Of a stretch of 16,062 nt of DNA, positions 7,267 to 14,411 are shown in pieces. The stretch comes from a virus (taxonomy: Duplodnaviria > Heunggongvirae > Uroviricota > Caudoviricetes). Below the pieces are notes generated by a model. That model was not told where the DNA came from, ran no database searches, and saw only the letters and a program-made list of their open reading frames with translations. Position 1 is the first letter of the stretch. Every line of letters starts with the position of its first letter. The translations under genes and the position numbers were made by a program. The DNA is taken from positions 1 through 16,062 of the IMG/VR virus record IMGVR_UViG_2698536355_000012, one strand, 5' to 3'.

Positions 7267-7296
7267 CAAAAAAATAGCCAAAGGTAACTTTGGCTA
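7267..7296 (-). terminator. Rho-independent terminator downstream of the repressor gene
   Basis: On the minus strand a 9 bp stem (7275-7283 pairs with 7288-7296, loop GTAA) is followed by a run of seven T (plus A7 at 7268-7274), 15 nt after the cI stop codon. Confidence 0.7.
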
Positions 7297-7310
7297 CATA
7301 TCTGGGGGGG

Positions 7311-7970
7311 TTAAATGTTCTGGGTTATTTGGACGACTTTGCCGACAATTCGGCAGTTTCCGTCAATTTGGATAGGCTTGAAAGCTGGGTTAAGTGGCAT
7401 GAGATAGGCGAATGGGCTATCCCACACTAATTTTTTTACAGTCGCTTCGGTAGAGCCTTCCAGTGTGGCAACGACTATTTTCCCGTAAAGATCATCAATT
7501 TGCCCGAAATGTGGTTCAACGATAACAATGGAACCTTCTGGAATTGATGGCAATCCATGAGGGTTAGTCATTGACTCTCCGCGGACCACTAACCCGAAAA
7601 CCTCTTCAGATACATTAGCTGTAGTTTGTGTCCATGCAATCACGTCTGTAAGCCTTGAACTGGCGTAGGTTTCTGTCCATAGACCAGCCTGAACGGCTGA
7701 TATAATAGGCACTGCTGTTGGCGGCTTAAGGAAGGGGACTAATTTGATATCATCAACGTCAGCATCTCCTTTGCCATAGAGAATCCATTCCGGGGTTACC
7801 TGAAGTACACCAGCAAGTTGGTGTAAATTCTCACCATCCGGCTTCGTTGTTCCATTCTCCCATTTCGTTACAGACACGCGACTGACCCCAAGCTTTTTGG
7901 CAAGGGTAAGCTGAGTCATATCGAGCTGGACTCGACGCGAACGAATACGGTCTTTCATCTCTGTTTTCAT
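7311..7970 (-). CDS. cI: CI-type repressor (P22 C2-like; HTH plus S24 LexA-like autopeptidase domain)
   Basis: 219 aa. N-terminal HTH (QLTLAKKLGVSRVSVTKWENG), C-terminal GESM (Ser) and VKKL (Lys) in S24 peptidase positions. Overall pattern closely parallels recalled P22 C2 (PIIS.V.AG.W, GDSM, PEG, ATVKKLV, NGNC.I.G.VV). Confidence 0.9.
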   Translation of the reverse strand: MKTEMKDRIRSRRVQLDMTQLTLAKKLGVSRVSVTKWENGTTKPDGENLHQLAGVLQVTPEWILYGKGDADVDDIKLVPFLKPPTAVPIISAVQAGLWTETYASSRLTDVIAWTQTTANVSEEVFGLVVRGESMTNPHGLPSIPEGSIVIVEPHFGQIDDLYGKIVVATLEGSTEATVKKLVWDSPFAYLMPLNPAFKPIQIDGNCRIVGKVVQITQNI

Positions 7971-8063
7971 GTAACCAATGTTACCTCTTTTGATGGTAAC
8001 TGTTGTTTGCTATTTAATGTACCTTTTGTTACCTTGTGGTGCGTAAGGTAACTAGGAGGAATC
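7971..8063. promoter_or_regulatory. Divergent immunity control region (OR with PR/PRM)
   Basis: 93 bp AT-rich intergenic between divergent cI and cro. Contains palindromic half-sites GTTACC (7980-7985) and GGTAAC (7995-8000), a third 18 bp operator repeat at 8018-8035, GGTAAC at 8047-8052, and the cro RBS AGGAGG at 8054-8059. Exact -10/-35 assignments not resolved. Confidence 0.6.
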
Positions 8064-8261
8064 ATGCGCAAATCTGAAGTCATAGAGCACTTCGGCGGAG
8101 TAGCCAAAACTGCTAATGCATTAGGTATTTCCCATCCAGCAGTTTGTCGATGGGGGGAGATCATCCCCGAGAAGCAAGCTTTTGTGATTGAGCGGATCAC
8201 GAAAGGAAAGCTCAAGTACAGCTCCGTTCTTTATCAAAAGTCTAATCAGACAGTCGCGTAA
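8064..8261 (+). CDS. cro: Cro-like repressor (P22 Cro family)
   Basis: 65 aa; VIEHFGG...ALGIS..AV..W.EIIPEK....I...T.G.LKY mirrors recalled P22 Cro (VIDHFGT...ALGISDAAVSQWKEVIPEKDAYRLEIVTAGALKY). Strong RBS AGGAGG upstream of ATG 8064. Confidence 0.85.
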   Translation: MRKSEVIEHFGGVAKTANALGISHPAVCRWGEIIPEKQAFVIERITKGKLKYSSVLYQKSNQTVA

Positions 8262-8289
8262 CGAATACCACAGAAACAAGGGGACAACC

Positions 8290-8856
8290 GTGGATAAACA
8301 ACACTGGAAAGTCGAACGACAGCCCGCCTGGCTGGTGGCTGCCATTAAACGGACTATCGCCGAAATGCCTGGTGGATATGCCGAAGCTGCTGAATGGCTT
8401 GGCCTGTATCGCGCCGGAAAAGTGTCAACCGATGCGCTCTATAACCGGCTGCGCAGCGAAGGCGATCAGATTTTCCCGCTTGAGTGGGCGATGGTGCTCC
8501 AGGATGCCAGCGGCACTAAGTACGTCACCGATGCGATAGCCCGCCGTAGCGGTGGTGTGTTTGTGCCGCTGGTGGACATTGATGACGTCGATAACGGTGA
8601 CATCAACCAGCGCCTGATGGAGTCAATCGAATGGATCGGCAGACACTCACAGTACCTGCGCAAAGCGACCGCTGACGGCGTTATTGACCCGGCAGAACGT
8701 GAGCAAATCGAAGAGAACAGTTACCAGGTGATGGCGAAGTGGCAGGAGCATCTGACGCTGCTGTTTCGTGTGTTTTGTGCGCCGGAAAAAAGTGACGCCC
8801 GCGAGTGTGCAGCTCCGGGCGCCTTGGCGAACAACTCTTCGTGTATGGAGAAATAA
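8290..8856 (+). CDS. CII/YdaT-like early regulatory protein (family assignment tentative)
   Basis: 188 aa from GTG 8290, with AAGGGG 6 nt upstream; the listed ORF start 8188 overlaps cro and is treated as an extension. Position immediately after cro is the cII position; sequence recalled as resembling CP76/YdaT-type proteins but not verified. Confidence 0.45.
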   Translation: MDKQHWKVERQPAWLVAAIKRTIAEMPGGYAEAAEWLGLYRAGKVSTDALYNRLRSEGDQIFPLEWAMVLQDASGTKYVTDAIARRSGGVFVPLVDIDDVDNGDINQRLMESIEWIGRHSQYLRKATADGVIDPAEREQIEENSYQVMAKWQEHLTLLFRVFCAPEKSDARECAAPGALANNSSCMEK

Positions 8857-9028
8857 TCCGCATGACCAGTTTAACGGCTTTTAACCGTTTACCGCAACTG
8901 AGGATGATCCCGGTGCAGGGAACTCCGCTGTTTCGGTATGAACGCAGAATATCAAACCGCTGGGTGCCATGTAACCACAGTCGGGCGGCCGCAATTGTGG
9001 GTGTTTACTACAGGAAGGCGAAACGCTT

Positions 9029-9214
9029 ATGCGCGAAGTTAACCGAAGGTTCAAAGACCACTACGGCGTGCCCGTCCGTGTTATCCGCTGGGAGCCAGAA
9101 ACGCGCCGCGTTATCTACCTGCGGGAAGGGTATCCGCATGAATGCTTCAGCCCGCTTGAGCAGTTTCAGCGCAAGTTCAGGGAGATAAAGAACGACCATG
9201 AGCCAGATATTTGA
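9029..9214 (+). CDS. Hypothetical small basic protein
   Basis: 61 aa ORF with AGGAAGG about 10 nt upstream of ATG 9029; balanced, charged composition. Overlaps the replication gene start by 17 nt. The alternative ORF 8805/8862..9188 in another frame looks less protein-like. Confidence 0.35.
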   Translation: MREVNRRFKDHYGVPVRVIRWEPETRRVIYLREGYPHECFSPLEQFQRKFREIKNDHEPDI

Positions 9215-10133
9215 AATCGTTCAATCACTGTCGGGGCAAAGGAACTGCATCACTATTCCGGTTCCGTACCTTGATTTTTTCTCGGGTGACCAACAGGCGC
9301 ATGCTTTGGGCGCAGTCCTAAACCAGCTTGTGTTCTGGTCTGGAAAATCAGACCTGAATGATGGTTGGTTTTACAAAGAGCACAGCGAGCTGGCGGAGGA
9401 GATTCACGGTGTAAGCGAAGACCAGGTACAGCGCCTGGTAAACAAGATTTGTACCCGCTGGCTACCTGATGTAGTTCAGAAAACACAGCGGCAGGTTAAC
9501 GGCACTAAAAAGACGCATTACCGTATCGATGGTGAAGCGCTAATCAACGTTTTATTCCCGCCAACACTGGTTCCCGCAGAATCGCGGAATGGGAAACGCG
9601 AAGTCGCGGAACATGTTCCGCAGAATCACGGAACAGAAAACGCAGACCCGCGGAACCCTAACCGTGAAGTCGCGGAACCTATTCTTTATACAGATCATTA
9701 CTCAGATCACCACAAACAGATCAGTAAACCTTCTTGTCCGGTTGCTGCGCAACCCGACCCGGAAGTGGTGATTACTGACCATGCGATTGAAGTTTTGCTC
9801 CATCTGAACCAGGTCAGCGGATCGCGCTACCAGAAATCAAGGACCTCGCTGGAAAACATCCGCGCCCGTCTGCGGGAAGGTTACAGCGTCAATGACCTGA
9901 AGCTGGTTATTGACCTGAAGCACGAGCACTGGAACGGCAACGATGAGCAGTACCAGTACATGCGTCCTGAAACCCTGTTTGGGCCGAAAAAGTTCGAAGG
10001 GTACCTGTCCAGCGCTACCCGCTGGGATAGCAAAGGCCGCCCGGAGCGCCAGTACTGGGATGCAGCTCGTAAGCATGATCCTGTGAAGTTCGGGCCAGTT
10101 GATACCAAGATTCCTGAGGGGTTCAGGGGATGA
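9198..10133 (+). CDS. Phage replication initiator (O-like replisome organiser with conserved phage C-terminal domain)
   Basis: 311 aa. The C-terminal YMRPETLFGPKKFEGY segment matches a recalled conserved phage replication-protein C-terminus. An iteron array lies inside the coding sequence, as with lambda O. Length and position are consistent with the intact form of KplE1 yfdO. Confidence 0.7.
   Translation: MSQIFEIVQSLSGQRNCITIPVPYLDFFSGDQQAHALGAVLNQLVFWSGKSDLNDGWFYKEHSELAEEIHGVSEDQVQRLVNKICTRWLPDVVQKTQRQVNGTKKTHYRIDGEALINVLFPPTLVPAESRNGKREVAEHVPQNHGTENADPRNPNREVAEPILYTDHYSDHHKQISKPSCPVAAQPDPEVVITDHAIEVLLHLNQVSGSRYQKSRTSLENIRARLREGYSVNDLKLVIDLKHEHWNGNDEQYQYMRPETLFGPKKFEGYLSSATRWDSKGRPERQYWDAARKHDPVKFGPVDTKIPEGFRG
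9562..9734. repeat. Candidate replication origin: iteron array with 22 bp periodicity, a 16 bp palindrome and a GATC cluster
   Basis: Five units beginning (G/A)CGGAA(C/T) at 9584, 9606, 9628, 9650 and 9672, exactly 22 bp apart, with a partial unit at 9562-9583. Perfect palindrome GCGGAACATGTTCCGC at 9606-9621. Three CAGATCA repeats at 9691-9697, 9703-9709 and 9717-9723 in a more AT-rich stretch. Confidence 0.65.
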
Positions 10134-11029
10134 ATGAAAATAAATACTGCCAGGCGCTGGCGGAAATGCGCAGCAGGAACGCGCACAAGCTGAAAGAAGT
10201 TGGCGATCAGTGGCGCACGCCGGAGCTGCTGTTCTGGGGGATTAATGCGATGTTTGGCCCGCTGGTGCTGGACCTCTTTGCCGACGACAGCAACGCTAAA
10301 TGCCCTGCCTGGTATACCGCAGAAGACAACGCGCTGACGCAGGACTGGTCTGAGCGCCTGGCGGAACTCGGCGGCGCCGCGTTTGCTAACCCGCCATACA
10401 GCCGATCGCAGTACCACGAAAAGCAGGCAATCACCGGGATGACCCACATCATTAACCACACGATGGCCATGCGAGAGAAGGGCGGTCGCTATGTGTTTCT
10501 GGTCAAAGCCGCACCAAGCGAAACATGGTGGCCGGAAGATGCAGACCACATTGTTTTCATCCGCGGTCGCATCGGTTTTGACCTTCCGGAATGGTTTGTA
10601 CCGACAGACGACAAGCAGCAGCCCACCAGCGCATTTTTTGCGGGCGCCATCGCGGTGTTTGACAAGACCTGGCGCGGCGAGCGCTTCAGCTATATCCACC
10701 GCACAGAGCTGGAGGCTAAGGGGCGGGCTTTCATGGTGCTGGCCGAATTTGCCGCGGGCAAGGTTCAGCCACCAGCAACACCGGCGCCAGCGCAGGTTGA
10801 CCCGGTTGTAGCGCCAGCAGCATTACCTGATGTTGATTCGCGCATCTGGCCGCTTGAGGTTGGGCTGGTGTTCAACCAGGTTGAGGGCGCGGATTCTCTG
10901 GATGCATCGCAGCAGAACAAGCTGAAAGCGAACATTAACCAGCTGTGGCTTGAGCGTATGCCAACCAGCGAAATCATAACGGTTGCTGGTGGACTGGTCA
11001 GCAGCATGCAGGGGGTGACCAGTGCGTGA
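10130..11029 (+). CDS. Phage Dam-type N6-adenine DNA methyltransferase with C-terminal extension
   Basis: 299 aa. N-terminal DQWRTPELLF and the catalytic-type NPPY motif (FANPPYSRS) are characteristic of phage Dam-family MTases. ATG 10130 overlaps the replication gene stop (ATGA). About 110 C-terminal residues (Pro/Ala-rich linker plus extra segment) exceed the usual family length. Confidence 0.8.
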   Translation: MNENKYCQALAEMRSRNAHKLKEVGDQWRTPELLFWGINAMFGPLVLDLFADDSNAKCPAWYTAEDNALTQDWSERLAELGGAAFANPPYSRSQYHEKQAITGMTHIINHTMAMREKGGRYVFLVKAAPSETWWPEDADHIVFIRGRIGFDLPEWFVPTDDKQQPTSAFFAGAIAVFDKTWRGERFSYIHRTELEAKGRAFMVLAEFAAGKVQPPATPAPAQVDPVVAPAALPDVDSRIWPLEVGLVFNQVEGADSLDASQQNKLKANINQLWLERMPTSEIITVAGGLVSSMQGVTSA

Positions 11030-13019
11030 AATTATCGTTGATAACTTCGCCGGCGGCGGCGGTGCGTCTACCGGGATCGAACTCGCTATAGGGCGCAGCG
11101 TGGATATTGCCATCAACCACGATGAAAACGCCATCGCCATGCACAAGACCAACCACCCCGACACGCTGCATTACTGCGAATCGGTGTTTGATGTGGATCC
11201 GGTTGCCGCCACTGGCGCGCATCCTGTTGGCCTGGCATGGTTCAGCCCCGACTGCCGCCATTTTTCAAAGGCGAAAGGCGCGAAGCCGGTGAAGAAGGAA
11301 ATCCGCGGGCTCGCGTGGGTAGTTATCCGCTGGGCGCTGGAGAAGCGACCGCGCGTGATGATGCTGGAGAACGTCGAAGAGTTTAAAACGTGGGGACCGT
11401 TGCTACGTGAAATGCCGTTCATTAGCCATGCGGAGCGTCACCTTAGCGACTTCATCGGGCCACCAGTACCAGTTGAACAGAACCCGGATCGTGCACGAGC
11501 TGGCGAGACGTTTGCAGCGTTTGTCGGCATGCTGTCGACGGGGATCCAGGCTGATCATCCGGCGCTGGCCGAGGTCTGCGAATTCCTCTCTATTGAACCT
11601 GGTAGCGGGCAGGCGCAACAGCTGGTTGCCGGGCTCGGCTATGACGTCGATTATCGCGAGCTGCGCGCGTGCGACTATGGCGCGCCGACAATCCGTCGCC
11701 GTTTCTTTATGGTCATGCGCTGCGATGGTAAAGCCATTCACTGGCCTGAACCGACCCACGGGGATCCGAAATCACTGGAGGTGCAGAGCGGCAGGCTGGC
11801 GCCGTGGCGCACCGCGGCGGAGTGTATCGACTGGAATATCCCGGCGCTGTCTATCTTCGATCGCAAAAAGCCCCTGGCAGAAAATACCCTGAAGCGTATT
11901 GCGCGCGGTATCCAGCGGTTTGTCATCGAGAGCGCCTCGCCGTTCATCGTGAAATGTAACCACACCACGACGAAAGGTAGCTATGACTGTTTTCGTGGTC
12001 AGGAGCTGGGCGCACCGCTGCAGACCATCACCAAAACCCACGGCTACGCGATAGCGGTACCGCACCTGACTAAATTCCGCACCGGCGCAACCGGGCAGCC
12101 CGTTACCGAACCGGTTCCTACGGTGACCGCCGGCACATCGGCGCGCCCGGGCGGAAATGGTCATGCCCTCGGTGTTGTTGAGGCGGAGCTGACACCATTC
12201 CTGGCTGGCAACGGCGGCAGCGAATACCAGGCGAAGCCGCGCGCGCTGAATAAGCCTGCCCACACTATCCTGAAGCAATCCCGCGCCTGCCTGGTTACGC
12301 CAGTGATTGCCCGCCAGTTCGGCGCCAGTATCGGCCACCGGGCAGACGAACCTAGCGCAACGATTACTGCGGGCGGTGGCGGTAAATCGCAGCTGGTGAC
12401 ACCGACGCTGATCCAGATGGGCTACGGTGAGCGTCCGGGGCAGGAGCCGCGCGTCCTGCAACTTAATAACCCGCTGGGAACCGTTACCGCTGGTGGCAAT
12501 AAGTTTGCAACGGTGAGCGCATTCCTGGCGAAGCACTACGGCGGGAATTATACGGGCCCGGGCGTGGGTCTGGATGAGCCAGCCCACTCCGTGACGACGG
12601 TCGATCACCATGCTGTTGTTGCCTCTCATCTGGTCAAGCTGCGCGGAACATGCCGCGACGGGCAGCGCCTGGACGAACCTATGCCAACCATCACTGCCGG
12701 CGGCCAGCACGTAGGGGAGGTTCGGACATTCCTTGAAACCTACTGCGGGGAAAGCGAAGACGAATGGCTGGTGACGATCGAGGGTGTTAAGTACCAGATT
12801 GTTGATATCGGCATGCGTATGTTGCAGCCCCATGAGTTGTATAAGGCCCAGGGTTTCCCGGATGGCTACGTTATCGATCAGGACTACCGGGGCAACCGCT
12901 ACGCGAAGGATAAGCAGGTCGCGCGCTGCGGCAACGCCGTCCCGCCACCATTCGCCCGCGCGCTGGTGGAGGCAAACTTACCTGAGATGTGCGCGGATCC
13001 GCAACGGGAGGTGGCATGA
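11022..13019 (+). CDS. DNA cytosine-5 methyltransferase, unusually large with repeat-containing variable region
   Basis: 665 aa. Motif I FAGGGGASTG, motif IV PDCRHFSKAKG (catalytic Cys), motif VI ENVEEF, motif VIII-like PTIRRRFFMV, motif IX-like LQPHELYKAQGFPDGY, motif X CGNAVPPP. GTG 11022 overlaps the Dam stop. About 370 aa lie between motifs VIII and IX, with recurring P-x-T-[IV]-T-A-G-G units. Confidence 0.85.
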   Translation: MREIIVDNFAGGGGASTGIELAIGRSVDIAINHDENAIAMHKTNHPDTLHYCESVFDVDPVAATGAHPVGLAWFSPDCRHFSKAKGAKPVKKEIRGLAWVVIRWALEKRPRVMMLENVEEFKTWGPLLREMPFISHAERHLSDFIGPPVPVEQNPDRARAGETFAAFVGMLSTGIQADHPALAEVCEFLSIEPGSGQAQQLVAGLGYDVDYRELRACDYGAPTIRRRFFMVMRCDGKAIHWPEPTHGDPKSLEVQSGRLAPWRTAAECIDWNIPALSIFDRKKPLAENTLKRIARGIQRFVIESASPFIVKCNHTTTKGSYDCFRGQELGAPLQTITKTHGYAIAVPHLTKFRTGATGQPVTEPVPTVTAGTSARPGGNGHALGVVEAELTPFLAGNGGSEYQAKPRALNKPAHTILKQSRACLVTPVIARQFGASIGHRADEPSATITAGGGGKSQLVTPTLIQMGYGERPGQEPRVLQLNNPLGTVTAGGNKFATVSAFLAKHYGGNYTGPGVGLDEPAHSVTTVDHHAVVASHLVKLRGTCRDGQRLDEPMPTITAGGQHVGEVRTFLETYCGESEDEWLVTIEGVKYQIVDIGMRMLQPHELYKAQGFPDGYVIDQDYRGNRYAKDKQVARCGNAVPPPFARALVEANLPEMCADPQREVA

Positions 13020-13402
13020 AGCTGGTGCTGCCGTTTCCCCCGAGCGTTAACACATACTGGCGCGCCCCTAACAAGGGGCCGCTGGCTGGGCGCCATCTTA
13101 TCAGTGCCGACGGCCGCAAATACCAGAGCGCGGCCTGCGCGGCGATCATTGAGCAGTTGCGCAGGCTGCCGAAGCCATCAACAGCGCCTGCTGCAGTCGA
13201 AATCACCCTGTATCCGCCGGACGCGCGCCGCCGGGATCTGGACAACTACAACAAAGCGCTGTTTGACGCGCTGACGCATGCTGGCGTGTGGGAGGACGAC
13301 AGCCAGGTAAAACGCATGCTGGTGGAGTGGGGGCCAGTGGTGCCGAAAGGCAGGGTTGAGATAACGATCAGCCAATACGAACCGGCGGGTGCAGCCGCCT
13401 GA
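13016..13402 (+). CDS. rusA: RusA Holliday junction resolvase
   Basis: Start placed at ATG 13016, overlapping the C5-MTase stop (ATGA). LPFPPSVNTYWR ... RRRDLDNYNKALFDALTHAGVWEDDSQV ... GRVEITI closely parallels recalled E. coli RusA (LPWPPSNNRYYR ... [28 protein letters not shown] ... GRLELTI). Confidence 0.9.
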   Translation: MKLVLPFPPSVNTYWRAPNKGPLAGRHLISADGRKYQSAACAAIIEQLRRLPKPSTAPAAVEITLYPPDARRRDLDNYNKALFDALTHAGVWEDDSQVKRMLVEWGPVVPKGRVEITISQYEPAGAAA

Positions 13403-13416
13403 TATGGAGAAATAGC

Positions 13417-13713
13417 ATGAGCAAACTTAGAGGATTGGTGTGTAGGCCTGATTTTTTGACTATTAGCAGTAATGAGATTGCCAAGGAATTTGGTAAACGA
13501 CATGACAATGTACTTCAGGATATCAGAAGAATTCTTCGCTCCCTGAATCTTCCAGAGGACCACCTTGCAGGGGAATACGCGGATGAAAGAGGAAGGCTCT
13601 ACCCATGTTTCAGGCTTGATAAGAGACTTGCATTGGTGTTGCTTACCTCGTACGACAACGTCTCACGTCTTAAGGTAATTGAATATTTTATTGAAAACGG
13701 AGGGCGCCTGTGA
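13417..13713 (+). CDS. Rha-family N-terminal domain protein (short paralog)
   Basis: 98 aa, GGAGA 6 nt upstream of ATG 13417. Clearly paralogous to the N-terminal ~90 aa of the next gene (EIA...KRHD.V..DIR..L..LN....F.G.Y.D.RGR.YP...L.K.L.L.L...Y...). Visibly more AT-rich than neighbouring genes. Confidence 0.7.
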   Translation: MSKLRGLVCRPDFLTISSNEIAKEFGKRHDNVLQDIRRILRSLNLPEDHLAGEYADERGRLYPCFRLDKRLALVLLTSYDNVSRLKVIEYFIENGGRL

Positions 13714-14411
13714 AAAGTCTAGTGAATGTTAAGAGTGATCCCGGCTTCCCTGCAATGTCCAGCCTGGAGATCGCCGGGTTGTGTGATAAGCGACACGACC
13801 ATGTAATGGCTGATATTCGCAATATGCTCGAACAGCTCAATATTCAATCTCCCGAGTTTTCGGGAGATTACCGGGACGACCGCGGGCGCTGTTATCCGCT
13901 TTACCACCTGCCAAAAGACTTATGCCTTACGCTGGTCTCCGGGTACAACGTGGTGCTGCGTAAACGCATTATCGATCGCTGGCTTGAGCTGGAGAACGGT
14001 CAGCAGGTCAGTGTGCCGCAGTCACTCCCGGAAGCGCTTCGCCTGGCGGCAGACCTCGCTGAGCAGAAAGAGCAACTGACCCAGCAGCTGGCCGCCGCGG
14101 CGCCAAAGGTCGAGTTTGTCGATCGCTACTGTACCGCGAAAGGGTCAATGTCGTTTCGCCAGGTGGCAAAGCTCCTGAACGCCAAAGAGACCGACTTCCG
14201 TCTGTTCCTCATCGACAGCGACATCATGTACCGCCTCGGGGGCGTACTGACCCCGCGGCACCAGCACATTAACGCCGGGCGGTTTGAGGTAAAAACCGGG
14301 ACCACCAGTGAATCGAACTATGCATTCAGCCAGGCGCGCTTTACCGCAAAAGGCGTTGAGTGGATCGGTGGCCTGTGGACGGCGCATATCGCTAAGGGGC
14401 ATGCCGCGTGA
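13710..14411 (+). CDS. Rha-family phage regulatory protein / antirepressor with C-terminal KilAC-like domain
   Basis: 233 aa; GTG 13710 overlaps the upstream stop, GGAGG 6 nt upstream. N-terminal Rha-like domain plus a C-terminal region typical of antirepressor (AntA/AntB, KilAC) proteins; domain names from recall. Confidence 0.7.
   Translation: MKSLVNVKSDPGFPAMSSLEIAGLCDKRHDHVMADIRNMLEQLNIQSPEFSGDYRDDRGRCYPLYHLPKDLCLTLVSGYNVVLRKRIIDRWLELENGQQVSVPQSLPEALRLAADLAEQKEQLTQQLAAAAPKVEFVDRYCTAKGSMSFRQVAKLLNAKETDFRLFLIDSDIMYRLGGVLTPRHQHINAGRFEVKTGTTSESNYAFSQARFTAKGVEWIGGLWTAHIAKGHAA

Noticed and set aside
6359-7277. Small ORFs in the leader region (65 aa minus-strand 6359..6556; plus-strand 6370..6576, 6443..6628, 6474..6821, 7038..7277)
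   Set aside because: No convincing RBS, Ser/Arg/Pro/Cys-heavy composition typical of GC-rich noncoding DNA, mutually overlapping in different frames. The plus-strand ones are antisense to the expected PL transcript. Kept as a noncoding region, though a small protein cannot be excluded.
7275-7296. Possibility that the hairpin after cI also terminates plus-strand transcription
   Set aside because: On the plus strand the stem is followed by CATATCTGGGGGGG rather than a U-tract, so it is scored as a minus-strand terminator only.
8188-8289. Upstream extension of the CII-like ORF overlapping cro
   Set aside because: It would overlap most of the 3' end of cro in another frame; GTG 8290 with an AAGGGG RBS lies just after the cro stop and gives a sensible start.
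8805-9188. 127 aa ORF (or 109 aa from ATG 8862) between the CII-like and replication genes
   Set aside because: Arg/Ser/Ala/Cys-rich low-complexity translation, and it conflicts with the better-formed 9029..9214 ORF. Left unannotated but noted as uncertain.
9881-10699. 272 aa minus-strand ORF, with a nested 79 aa ORF at 9837..10076, across the replication/Dam junction
   Set aside because: Antisense to two genes with strong motifs (conserved replication C-terminus, Dam NPPY); shadow ORFs.
11772-12833. 353 aa minus-strand ORF inside the C5-methyltransferase gene, plus several smaller antisense ORFs (11403..11759, 12871..13245 and others)
   Set aside because: The plus-strand frame carries the complete ordered set of C5-MTase motifs; the antisense frames are Arg/Ala/Gly-rich shadow ORFs of a GC-rich gene.
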